Notes: generated by a model not told the origin, from the letters alone. A stretch of 37,932 nucleotides of DNA from Limnochordales bacterium (GCA_036562195.1 DATCKT010000300.1:1-37932), one strand, 5' to 3'. Counted from the stretch's first letter, positions 25,201-32,956 are shown. Made by a program: numbers and translations.

Positions 25201-26387
25201 TCCAGGTGCCGTTGGCCGTCACCGTCATCGGCGGCCTCTTTACGGCAACTTTGCTGACCCTGTTTGTCGTCCCGGCCCTGTGCCTGATGGTTGACGCACG
25301 GCGCGCTCCGGGCGCGGGGGCGCAAGCCGCCTCAGGCGCCGCTCGCGGCCCGGCGGCGGGGGCCGGTCGGCCGGCCAACCCGGCACCCCGGGCCCGCAAG
25401 GGCGGGGCCGGCGGCCGCTCCGTTCTGCTGGCGCTGCTTGGGACTGCCACGGTCGTATCCCTTCTCCCGGCGGCCCCGGCTCGCGCGCAGCCCGCCGATC
25501 TCCAGTGGATCGTCGGGATTGGGTACACCGAACCGGATCCGCACCCGTGGTACCTGGTGGGTGCCGGTTGGGAGCGCCGCGTCGGCGACTGGCGCTGGCG
25601 GCTGCAGCTGCAAGTCGCCGGTGACCCGCAGGACGCGGTGGCCTCCGCCGCCCTGGACGCCGGCGCAGAATGGTTCCAGCCCGTCTCCTTTTTTGGCTAC
25701 TACGAGCTTCAAGGCCGCCTCACCCTGCGGCGGACCGGCGGCGGGCCGATCCTGTCCGCGCTGTCCCTGCGGGGCGACGGCGTGCTGGGCAACATCACGG
25801 GCACCGTCGAGTTTGACGTCATCAGTCCAGGGTTTCCGGTGCAGCCCTGGGACCCGTACCACCGCGCCCGCCTGGCGGCCGGCGGCGACGGTCGCTACCA
25901 CTTGCGGGTGGAGGTGCGCCAGCAGCCCAACCGGGAGCTGAATCTCATCCGCGAGGTGCACTGGTCGCGCACCCGGGCACCGGGTACGGGTCCAGGCGCT
26001 TTCGTCGCGGCGACCGGTACGGAGCTTAGGGCGGGCAACGGGTGGCTTGGGGGCAAGGTGGGCGTGCGCTTGGACCAGCACGGCTGGCAGCCCGTATTCG
26101 GCGCCGGTTACCGCTTCCGGCCCAGCCCCTACTCCCAATTGACGCTCGGCGCCGTGTCGGCCACGGCCATCGTCGCCCACCCCTCCCTCTCCATCAGCTA
26201 CGAACTTTTGACCGAGACGCTGACGTTCACCGCCGAGCTGCAGCTGACGGCGGACGCGGAGAACCGTTACACGCCGGTGTTGTACCTGCAGGGCGAACCC
26301 CACGCCAGCGGCTGGCAGTGGCAGCTGCGGGTTGGCTCCCCCGCCACGGACCAGCCCGTAGTCGCGGGCCTGGCCATCGCCATCTGA
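22227..26387 (+). CDS. RND efflux transporter (AcrB/SwrC-like, ~1025 aa) fused in-frame to a ~360-aa C-terminal extension (linker + signal-like helix + beta-strand-rich domain)
   Basis: GTG start with a GGAG SD. The N-terminus LSELFVRRPVTTGMFIVAILLFGG..YPDMQLPYITVATLYPNADPQTVE is typical of RND pumps, and the 12-TM/2-loop organisation runs to ..LFVVPALCLMVDARR (aa ~1025). The frame stays open with coding-like GC3 through aa 1386. Confidence 0.85.
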   Translation: MRLSELFVRRPVTTGMFIVAILLFGGLSWSGLGLELYPDMQLPYITVATLYPNADPQTVETEVTHQVEGVLSTAAGLTRLESISMENISLVFAEFGWGTALDETIAELRARLAALTLTLPADAQAPVVMRLDPTEFPSLLIGVSGRGEMMEVTDAALQVIRPRLERVPGVAQVAVLGGVEREIQVLYDSAKLREHDLTPAHLQQLLSLQNATVPAGVLEHDGRRWQARVGNHFTSVQEIRDLVIGESRLPVEGLAALWPPLLRVKDVAQVVDGVREPTGYARIDGRPTVLLQVFKQSGANTVAVADGVLAALAELERELPDLSLTVIVDQSAPIRRSLESLIVYGLIGAGIVVAVLFLFLRHWRSLLVVALSIPLSILLTLMALYACRFDLNLMTLGGLALATGMVVDNAIIVLENIFRRRSEGEDAIRASIEGSREMTAAIIGATLTTVAVFLPAAFMDTFVGQLFKELGITVSLALGASLLIALTVVPSLGAGLLGGDAPLPHVTWEQGRIVRAYVPLLERALDRRGWLLALVAALGVASLAIVPRLGTEFLPPGHARALYVTMETAPGTPLAETDAVARAAEERLRALPAVERVAAQVGEQRQEDIITLLGDYGANTIQLIAFLRSPASPEQVPAVAAEIRQALSDLPVARLAVSKQWSSSNNLLSNDVVLQLSGPDLETLQDLAFRLRDRLAQNPAVADVHVPLATPQPELFLAVNQSRALIGGLTTAQVSLAVRYALSGIQVTQVRENGRTIPVVLRPQPSETADLDQLLNHPISSPVLLGGDAARVRLGNVVEVVEGTAPQAIRRIDGMRALEVRVRPSGQDLTATLAAVQDAVAAVDLPPGYQIQTTGIRQLIDESLDDLGGVLLWSLVLVYAVMAAQFESWRHPLIIMVTAPLAALGSVWAMWLAGQKLGVASMIGLIMLGGIAVNNGIVLVDRVLQLRAQGVANRTAVVEAARSRLRPVLMTAITTIAGMLPMAVSRGEGTEFQVPLAVTVIGGLFTATLLTLFVVPALCLMVDARRAPGAGAQAASGAARGPAAGAGRPANPAPRARKGGAGGRSVLLALLGTATVVSLLPAAPARAQPADLQWIVGIGYTEPDPHPWYLVGAGWERRVGDWRWRLQLQVAGDPQDAVASAALDAGAEWFQPVSFFGYYELQGRLTLRRTGGGPILSALSLRGDGVLGNITGTVEFDVISPGFPVQPWDPYHRARLAAGGDGRYHLRVEVRQQPNRELNLIREVHWSRTRAPGTGPGAFVAATGTELRAGNGWLGGKVGVRLDQHGWQPVFGAGYRFRPSPYSQLTLGAVSATAIVAHPSLSISYELLTETLTFTAELQLTADAENRYTPVLYLQGEPHASGWQWQLRVGSPATDQPVVAGLAIAI

Positions 26388-26643
26388 GCCCTCCTCACCG
26401 CCCTGGTCAGCCGGAAATCCGCCGCCGTGGCCGCAGGCGGTCAAGGGGCGCCGGCCCGGGCGCGGACGGGGACAACCGCGGACAAGCCCGCATGAGGGCA
26501 ACCTTGCCTCCCCCTGCTAATACAATGTAAGACACCAACACACCCACCGGCCGGCGCCCGGCTGCCGGCAGCCGGCGCCCCGCACCGCGGCAGCTGCCCA
26601 TGGAGTCGCCGTTTTCACGCTTCATCGGTTTCCTCTGGGAGGG

Positions 26644-28545
26644 ATGGCCATGGACTTCCTGCAGCGCCTGCGGGAGCACCGTCGCCAGGAAGAAGAGTTG
26701 GCCTGGGAAGGCACCTTCGCCCAGTATTACGAGCTGGTGCGCCAGCAACCCAGCATCGCCCAGCACGCCCACGCCCGCGTCTACCAGATGATCCTGTCCC
26801 ACGGGGTCGAGGAAGTGAACGGCCGTAAGCGGTACCGGTTCTTCGCCCAGGACCTGTTTGGCTTGGAGGAGGCGCTGGAGCGGCTGGTGGAGGAGTACTT
26901 CCACTCCGCCGCCCGGCGCTTAGACGTGCGCAAGCGCATCTTGCTGCTCATGGGCCCGGTAAGCGGCGGCAAGTCTACCATCGTGACCTTGCTCAAGCGG
27001 GGCCTAGAGGCCTACACCCGCACGCCTGCGGGGGCCCTCTACGCGATCAAGGGCTGTCCCATGCACGAGGAGCCGCTGCACCTGGTGCCGCCGGAGCTGC
27101 GCCCCGAGGTGGAACGGGAACTGGGCGTCGCCATCGAAGGCAGTCTCTGCCCCGCCTGCCGGGTCACGCTCGAGGAGCAGTACGGCGGCCGGCTGGAAGA
27201 CGTGCCCGTGCGGCGCATTGCCCTGTCAGAGGAGAAGCGCATCGGCATCGGCACCTTCCAGCCCTCGGACCCCAAGAGCCAGGACATCGCGGAGCTCACG
27301 GGCAGCGTCGACTTCGCGGCCATTACCCAGTACGGCGCCGAGTCGGATCCCCGGGCCTACCGGTTTGACGGGGAGCTCAACATCGCCAACCGGGGCATCC
27401 TGGAAATGCAAGAGATGCTCAAGATGGACGAGAAGTTCCTCTGGCACCTGCTCAGCCTGTCCCAGGAGGGCAACTTCAAGGCCGGCCGCTTCGCCCTCAT
27501 CTCCGCGGACGAGGTCATCATTGCCCACACCAACGAAGAAGAGTACCGGCACTTCATCGCCAACAAGAAGAACGAAGCCCTCCATTCCCGCATGATCGTC
27601 ATCCCCATCCCCTATGCCTTGCGGGTCAGCGACGAGGTGCGGATCTACGAGAAGCTCATCCGCCAGAGCGAGCTGCGGGATGTGCACATGGCGCCCCATG
27701 CCCTGCGGGTGGCGGCCATGGTCAGCGTCCTCTCCCGGCTGCAGGAGTCCAAGAAACACGGCATGGACCTGGTGAAGAAGATGAAGCTGTATGACGGCCA
27801 GGACGTGGACGGTTTCCAGCCCAAGGACGTGGAGGAGCTGCGGCGGGAGTTTCCTGCAGAGGGCATGCAGGGCCTCGACCCTCGCTACGTCATCAACCGC
27901 ATCTCCAGCGCCCTGGTCACCCGCCAAAGCAACTGCATCGGCCCCCTGGACGTCCTGCGGGCGCTGCGCAACGGCTTGGACCAGCACCCCTCCATCACCG
28001 AAGAGGAGAAAGAGCGCGTGCTCAACTTCATCGCCCTGGCCCGCAAGGAGTACGACGAGATCGCCAAGACCGAGGTGCAGAAGGCCTTCGTGTACTCCTT
28101 CGAAGAATCGGCCCGGGCCTTGTTCGACAACTACCTGGACCACGTGGAAGCCTACTGCAACTGGCACAAGGTCAAGGACCCTGTCACCGGCGAGGAAGTG
28201 GAACCCGACGAGAAGCTGATGCGCTCCATCGAAGAGCAGATCGGCGTGTCGGAAAACGCCAAGAAAGCCTTCCGAGAAGAGATCCTGATCCGCATCTCAA
28301 CGTACGCCCGGCGGGGCAAGCGGTTTGACTACCACTCCCACGAGCGGCTCCGGGAAGCCATCGAGCGCAAGCTGTTCGCGGACATGCGGGACGTCATCCG
28401 GGTCACCACGTCCGCCACCAACCCCGATCCCGACCAGTTGCGGCGGCTGAACGAGGTCATCGCGCGGCTCGTGGCCGGGCACGGCTACTGCGAAATCTGC
28501 GCCAACGAGCTGCTGCGCTATGCCGGGAGCCTGCTCAACCGGTGA
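26644..28545 (+). CDS. prkA: PrkA-family serine protein kinase (AAA+/Lon-like)
   Basis: Walker A LLLMGPVSGGKST. The similarity runs full length, e.g. ..CPMHEEPLHL..GIGTFQPSDPKSQDI.ELTGS.DF..I...G.ESDPRAY.F.GEL..ANRG..E..EMLK. Confidence 0.92.
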   Translation: MAMDFLQRLREHRRQEEELAWEGTFAQYYELVRQQPSIAQHAHARVYQMILSHGVEEVNGRKRYRFFAQDLFGLEEALERLVEEYFHSAARRLDVRKRILLLMGPVSGGKSTIVTLLKRGLEAYTRTPAGALYAIKGCPMHEEPLHLVPPELRPEVERELGVAIEGSLCPACRVTLEEQYGGRLEDVPVRRIALSEEKRIGIGTFQPSDPKSQDIAELTGSVDFAAITQYGAESDPRAYRFDGELNIANRGILEMQEMLKMDEKFLWHLLSLSQEGNFKAGRFALISADEVIIAHTNEEEYRHFIANKKNEALHSRMIVIPIPYALRVSDEVRIYEKLIRQSELRDVHMAPHALRVAAMVSVLSRLQESKKHGMDLVKKMKLYDGQDVDGFQPKDVEELRREFPAEGMQGLDPRYVINRISSALVTRQSNCIGPLDVLRALRNGLDQHPSITEEEKERVLNFIALARKEYDEIAKTEVQKAFVYSFEESARALFDNYLDHVEAYCNWHKVKDPVTGEEVEPDEKLMRSIEEQIGVSENAKKAFREEILIRISTYARRGKRFDYHSHERLREAIERKLFADMRDVIRVTTSATNPDPDQLRRLNEVIARLVAGHGYCEICANELLRYAGSLLNR

Positions 28546-28646
28546 GGGGCCGCGGGCCGCGACGCGGCGCGGGCCAGGAGAGTGGGGGCCGGGGGCAAGC
28601 CGCCGGGGGCCGGTGGGGTGCGACCGAAAAGGAGGCTGGCTGGACC

Positions 28647-29828
28647 ATGGGCAACGGCACGTTCGTCGTTTCCCGGGAAGACTGGTCCCTCCACCGCCAG
28701 GGCCAGATGGACCAGCAGCGCCACCGGGAGAAGGTGCGGGAAGCCATCCGCCAAAACCTGATGGACCTGGTGGCCGAGGAGAGCATCATCTTGGCCGACG
28801 GCAAAACCGTCCTCAAGGTGCCTGTGCGCAGCCTCGCGGAGTACCGGTTTCGCTACGACGTGGTCGGACGCAACCACGTGGGCCAGAGCGACGGCACAAG
28901 CCGCGTCGGCGATCGCCTGGGCAGCGCCCGTCCCGGCGCCGGTTCGGGTGGAGACCGGCGGGCCGGCGATCAGCCCGGTATGGACTACTACGAAGCCGAG
29001 ATCACCGTCGATGAGCTGGCGGAGCTCATCTTTGCCGACTTGGGCCTTCCCCACCTGGAGCAAAAGTCCCGGCCCGAGCTGGAGCACGACGCGTACGCCT
29101 TCCGCGACGTGCGGCGGTACGGGGTGATGGGCAACCTGGACCGGCGCCGGACGCTCTTGGCCGCCATCCGGCGTGCCCAATTGGCCGGGGCCGACCAGAT
29201 CGGCATCGCCCGCGAAGATCTGCGTTTCAAGACGTGGGAGGAGGATCGGGAGCGGGAGGCCAATGCGGTGGTGCTGGCCATGATGGACACCTCGGGGTCC
29301 ATGGGGACCTTCGAGAAGTACGTGGCCCGCAGCTTCTTCTTTTGGATGGTGCGGTTCCTGCGCACCCGGTACCGGCAGGTTCAGATCCGCTTTCTCGCCC
29401 ACGACACCCGCGCCCGGGAAGTGACCGAGCAGGAATTTTTCACCAAGGGCGAAAGCGGGGGAACCCGCTGTTCGTCCGTGTACGAACTGGCGCTGGCCAT
29501 CATCGACGCCGACTACCCGCCCTCCCAGTACAACGTGTACCCGTTCCATTTTTCGGACGGGGATAACTGGCCGGCCGACAACGAGCGCTGCCTGGAGTTG
29601 ATGCAGGCGTTGCTCGAGGGCGCGGCGGCCGTAGGCTACGGGGAGATCGCCCCGCGCGCGGGCCGGTCCGAGACGACCCTGATGCACGTGTTGCGCCGGC
29701 TTGACCACCCGCGCCTTACCTGTGTGACCATCCGCGACAAGCAGGATGTCTATCCGGCGCTGCGGGCCTTCTTCCACGGCGGATCGACGCCGTCCGGCGC
29801 CGGCAGGAGGGATCCGCCCGATGAATGA
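28647..29828 (+). CDS. yhbH: YhbH/YeaH family protein (DUF444, vWA-like)
   Basis: ATG 28647 follows AAAAGGAGG. FVVSREDWSLHRQGQMDQQRHREKVREAIRQNL..ILADGKTVLKVPVRSLAEYRFRYD..MMDTSGSMG..FHFSDGDNW. The 35 upstream codons in the track ORF are low-complexity. Confidence 0.9.
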   Translation: MGNGTFVVSREDWSLHRQGQMDQQRHREKVREAIRQNLMDLVAEESIILADGKTVLKVPVRSLAEYRFRYDVVGRNHVGQSDGTSRVGDRLGSARPGAGSGGDRRAGDQPGMDYYEAEITVDELAELIFADLGLPHLEQKSRPELEHDAYAFRDVRRYGVMGNLDRRRTLLAAIRRAQLAGADQIGIAREDLRFKTWEEDREREANAVVLAMMDTSGSMGTFEKYVARSFFFWMVRFLRTRYRQVQIRFLAHDTRAREVTEQEFFTKGESGGTRCSSVYELALAIIDADYPPSQYNVYPFHFSDGDNWPADNERCLELMQALLEGAAAVGYGEIAPRAGRSETTLMHVLRRLDHPRLTCVTIRDKQDVYPALRAFFHGGSTPSGAGRRDPPDE

Positions 29829-31200
29829 CCGGGAACTGGTGCAGTTGTCGGAGGCTATCGAGCTGATCCACGCCAAGGCGCGCCGCATGGGCCTCGATGG
29901 TTTCCCGATGCGCTACGAAATCTGTCCGCCCGACGTCCTTTACACCTTCGGAGCTTACGGCATGCCGGCCCGCTTTTCCCACTGGAGCTTCGGCAAGGCC
30001 TTTCACAGGATGAAGACCCAGTACGACTTCAACCTGAGCCGCATCTACGAGCTGGTCATCAACTCGGACCCCTGTCATGCGTTCCTCCTGGACGGGAACA
30101 CCTTGCTGCAAAACAAGGTCATCGTGGCCCACGTCCTGGCCCATTCGGACTTCTTCCGCCACAATTACCGCTTCGCCGGCACGTCGCGGCGCATGGTGGA
30201 CACGATGGCGGCCCATGCGGACCGCATCCGGCGCTACGAGATGCGCTACGGCCGGGACGCCGTGGAAGGGGTGCTGGACGCGGCCCTGGCCTTGCAGGAG
30301 CAGGTGGACCCTTATGCGCCCGTCCGCCGGCACCCCCCGCCGGCGGACGACCCGCCGGCCGCACCGCGGCCCGCCCGCCGGGCCACGCCGTACGATGATC
30401 TGTGGGCGCTGGACGACCGGGCAGACGAGCGGCCGAGCGCTGCCGAGGACCCGCCTGGGACGGCGACCGGCGCCGGGAACCGGAGCGAACGGGACCTGCT
30501 GCTCTTCCTCATCGAGCACTCCCGGGCCTTATCCGATTGGGAGCGGGACATCCTGGCCATGGTCCGGACGGAGATGCTGTACTTCTGGCCTCAGCTCGAG
30601 ACCAAGATCCTCAACGAGGGATGGGCCACCTACTGGCACGCCCGCATCATGCGGGAGCTGGATCTCTCCGCAAGCGAGGCGCTGGAGTTCGCGCGCCTGC
30701 ACGCGGCCGTGCTGGCGCCGTCGCCGTTTCACATCAACCCGTACCACGTGGGCCACGGGATCCTGCGGGACATCGCCCGGCGCCGGGGGGAGGACTACCT
30801 GTTCGAAGTGCGGGAGACCGAGACCGACGTGTCCTTGGTGCGCAACCACTTAACCCGCGAGCTGGTGGAGGAACTGGACCTGTACGTGTACCGGCGCGAG
30901 GGCGATGAATGGGTGGTGACGGCCAAGGACTGGCGCCAGGTGCGGGATGAACTGGTGCAGCAGCTGACCAACGCCGGCATTCCCGTGATCACCGTCGCCG
31001 ATGACGACTGGCGGGGAACGGGTCAGCTGTACCTGTTGCATCGCTACGAAGGCGTGGAGCTGGACCGGCTCTACACCCAGCGGACGCTGCCGTACGTCTT
31101 TCGCCTGTGGGGACGGCCGGTGCACCTGGAAACCGTGATGGACGGCCGCCGCACCGTCTTCACGTGCGAGGGGGATCGCGTCTCACGGACCGACGGCTGA
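29821..31200 (+). CDS. spoVR: SpoVR/YcgB family protein
   Basis: ATG 29821 overlaps the yhbH 3' end. YEICPPDVLYTFGAYGMPARFSHWSFGK..YELVINSDPCHAFLLDGNTLLQNKVIVAHVLAHSDFFRHN..ILNEGWATYWH. There is a Pro/Ala-rich insert at aa ~165-220. Confidence 0.9.
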   Translation: MNDRELVQLSEAIELIHAKARRMGLDGFPMRYEICPPDVLYTFGAYGMPARFSHWSFGKAFHRMKTQYDFNLSRIYELVINSDPCHAFLLDGNTLLQNKVIVAHVLAHSDFFRHNYRFAGTSRRMVDTMAAHADRIRRYEMRYGRDAVEGVLDAALALQEQVDPYAPVRRHPPPADDPPAAPRPARRATPYDDLWALDDRADERPSAAEDPPGTATGAGNRSERDLLLFLIEHSRALSDWERDILAMVRTEMLYFWPQLETKILNEGWATYWHARIMRELDLSASEALEFARLHAAVLAPSPFHINPYHVGHGILRDIARRRGEDYLFEVRETETDVSLVRNHLTRELVEELDLYVYRREGDEWVVTAKDWRQVRDELVQQLTNAGIPVITVADDDWRGTGQLYLLHRYEGVELDRLYTQRTLPYVFRLWGRPVHLETVMDGRRTVFTCEGDRVSRTDG

Positions 31201-31342
31201 TGGGCACAGCGGCGGCTGGGCCCCGCGGCGCGTCCAAGGGGGCCACGCGCCGGTGCCGGCCGGGTATGGAGCGGCCCGCGGGTGCACATAAATAACACCG
31301 CCGCCGGCCGGCGGGCATGGGTGTCGGGAGGGAGCGGGAACG

Positions 31343-31723
31343 GTGGAACTGGTCGGGCGCAGCATCCTCGCCTACTTCACCCGCCACGATCAAGCCGAAC
31401 GGGCCAAAGCCGAGCTGCGTCGCGCCGGGTTTGAGACGGTACAGGTGGACCGCCTGGGCACGGACGAAGCGGGGGCGCACCGGCTGCACAACCCTCTGAC
31501 CGGGCGGATCGAAAGCCTCGCAGACCTCACGCTCGGCGTGGACACGGGCGGCGGCGACGCGGGTCCCTTGCTGGCGGCGGATCCAGACACATCAGGCCTG
31601 GCCCACGAGCTGGACGCGGATCCGGGCGCACCCGCACCGGCTTGGATCGTCACCGTGGTCACCACGGAGGATCAGGTCAATCGCGCCGTTCACATCCTCG
31701 AGGACGCCGGCGGCATCGTGTGA
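31343..31723 (+). CDS. Hypothetical protein (126 aa); possibly a YflT/general-stress-like domain
   Basis: GTG start after GGGAGGGAG. The N-terminus SILAYFTRHDQAERAKAELRRAGFE resembles the small stress-protein pattern. This is a weak assignment. Confidence 0.45.
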   Translation: MELVGRSILAYFTRHDQAERAKAELRRAGFETVQVDRLGTDEAGAHRLHNPLTGRIESLADLTLGVDTGGGDAGPLLAADPDTSGLAHELDADPGAPAPAWIVTVVTTEDQVNRAVHILEDAGGIV

Positions 31724-31739
31724 GGCCGGCCGGTGGCCG

Positions 31740-32285
31740 GCGCGGCGGCGCCCGGCCTGCGCACCAGTCCCTCCTCATACCCCGCCAGGGCCGCCATGCC
31801 TAAGAGGACGCAGAGTCCGGCCAGCGGGCCTGGCGCCACCAGCCCCCACGGACGGTCCACACTGAAGCTTCCGGTGTTCAGCAGCCACGTGGCCCCGAAG
31901 GACGATAAACCCATGGCGGTCTTGGTGAGCGATGGCGTACACCACGAGCCCCTGGGCGAAGGGACTTAAGGGTAGCGGCAGGCGCCCGATCACGCCCGAA
32001 AGGGGGAGCGCAACGGCCAGCGCCAGCAGGGCCATCTGCATGGTCCATCTCAGCCCGCGCCGGTTGGACACCCGGCCCGGGAGCGGAAAGCACGCCACCG
32101 CCACCGCGAAGGCGACAGCCAGGGTTATGGACGTGTCGGCCTCGGTGCCGCCCATCAGGACCGTGACGGCATACGGCACCCCGATGATCCCGGCGTTGAA
32201 ACCGATCCACGCCCGCACTTGGCACGCGGCGTAGTGGACGTACGGGCGGTTGCGCAGCGTCAGCAGGACCGATTCGATGACGCCC
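31740..32285 (-). pseudogene. Remnant of an MFS-type transporter: C-terminal half only, with an apparent 1-nt frameshift near 31925-31935
   Basis: My translation upstream of track ORF 31775..32218 reads ..GVIESVLLTLRNRPYVHYAACQVRAWIGFNAGIIGVPYAV.., typical of the MFS central loop/TM7. After ..GLVVYAIA the membrane-like sequence continues in another frame (LTKTAMGLSSFGATWLLNTGSF..LAGLCVLLGMAALAG, track ORF 31690..31914). There is no room for an N-terminal half before the terminator at 32408. Confidence 0.4.
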
Positions 32286-32407
32286 GGCGTGGGCGGATGC
32301 TCCCCAGCGTGACTCGGGTCCGCTCCACCACCCGTCCCCCTTGCTTCGCTCCGTCTCCCCGCGTTCCTGGCATCATTTGCCGGACCGCGGAGCAGTTTCC
32401 TGCCAGC

Positions 32408-32438
32408 AAAAAAGCCCGGCGCGGCTCGCGCGCCGGGC
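32408..32438 (-). terminator. Strong rho-independent terminator after the thioredoxin-like gene
   Basis: Minus strand: GCCCGGCGCG-CGAGC-CGCGCCGGGC-TTTTTT. The stem is a perfect 10-bp GC stem followed by U6. Confidence 0.85.
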
Positions 32439-32473
32439 TTGCACCGGCCCAGACTGAGCGATGCTTGGTTGAG

Positions 32474-32956
32474 TCAGGCGGCGCCCCGCATCCGAGCTTT
32501 CTGGTCCTCCAGGAGCCGGCGCCACGTGCTTTCCAATTGCTCGCCCACGATGCGCACCTGCTCCCGCCCGCCTTCAAAGCGAATCACGGTCGGGGTGGCC
32601 TGGATACCGTACTGTCGCCACGCCGATTGGTGCCGGTTGACGTCCACGACCAGAATGGGCACTTGCATCTCGTTGCTCAGCCTCTCCAGGACCGGAGAGG
32701 TACGACGGCAGAACGGTCAGGTCGGCGAGTGGAAGTACACGACCACGGAGTCGCCGGTCCGGATGGCGTCGGCCACGTCGGTGGGCGTCACAAAGCGGTA
32801 AAAGCCTTCGTCCTCCGGGGTGCGGTTGGTGAGGAAGAAGACAGCCGCCAGAAGCAACACAACCGCCACGGCGCCGCCCAACAGCCACCGGCGCTGGGCT
32901 GCCTGCGCTCGGGCCCTGCCGCTGCGAGGTTGGGCCTTTTTTCCTTGACTGGACAT
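32474..32956 (-). CDS. Membrane-anchored thioredoxin-fold protein with in-frame TGA (32719..32717) at the first position of the redox motif: candidate selenoprotein (U-P-F-C)
   Basis: Track ORFs 32717..33007 and 32474..32668 are in the same frame, separated only by the TGA and 16 sense codons. Joined reading: MSSQGKK..RRWLLGGAVAVVLLLAAVFFL (TM)..DSVVVYFHSPT-[TGA]-PFCRRTSPVLERLSNEMQVPILVVDVNRHQSAWRQYGIQATPTVIRFEGG.. This is a thioredoxin fold with the cis-Pro motif (TPT). ATG 32956 follows GAGGAGG. Confidence 0.6.
32681..32700 (-). promoter_or_regulatory. SECIS-like hairpin 16 nt downstream of the in-frame UGA
   Basis: Minus strand: UGA-N16-CCUCUCC-GGUCCU-GGAGAGG. The stem is a perfect 7 bp and the apical loop starts with GGUC. 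Confidence 0.5.

Noticed and set aside
23787-26501. Two long minus-strand ORFs (23787..25325, 512 aa; 25332..26501, 389 aa), plus several plus-strand off-frame ORFs
   Set aside because: They lie antisense or off-frame within the RND gene and its extension. The called frame has RND motifs, TM periodicity and W/Y/F-rich beta-strand periodicity, whereas these ORFs are Arg/Gly/Pro/His-rich with no features.
26518-26526. A sigma-E-like -10 element (AATACAAT) upstream of prkA
   Set aside because: In Bacillus, prkA is sigma-E dependent, which is why I looked for such an element. I could not find a matching -35 at an acceptable spacing, so I do not call a promoter.
28518-29888. A 456-aa minus-strand ORF
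   Set aside because: It is antisense to yhbH, which is supported by DUF444 motifs, and it has shadow composition.
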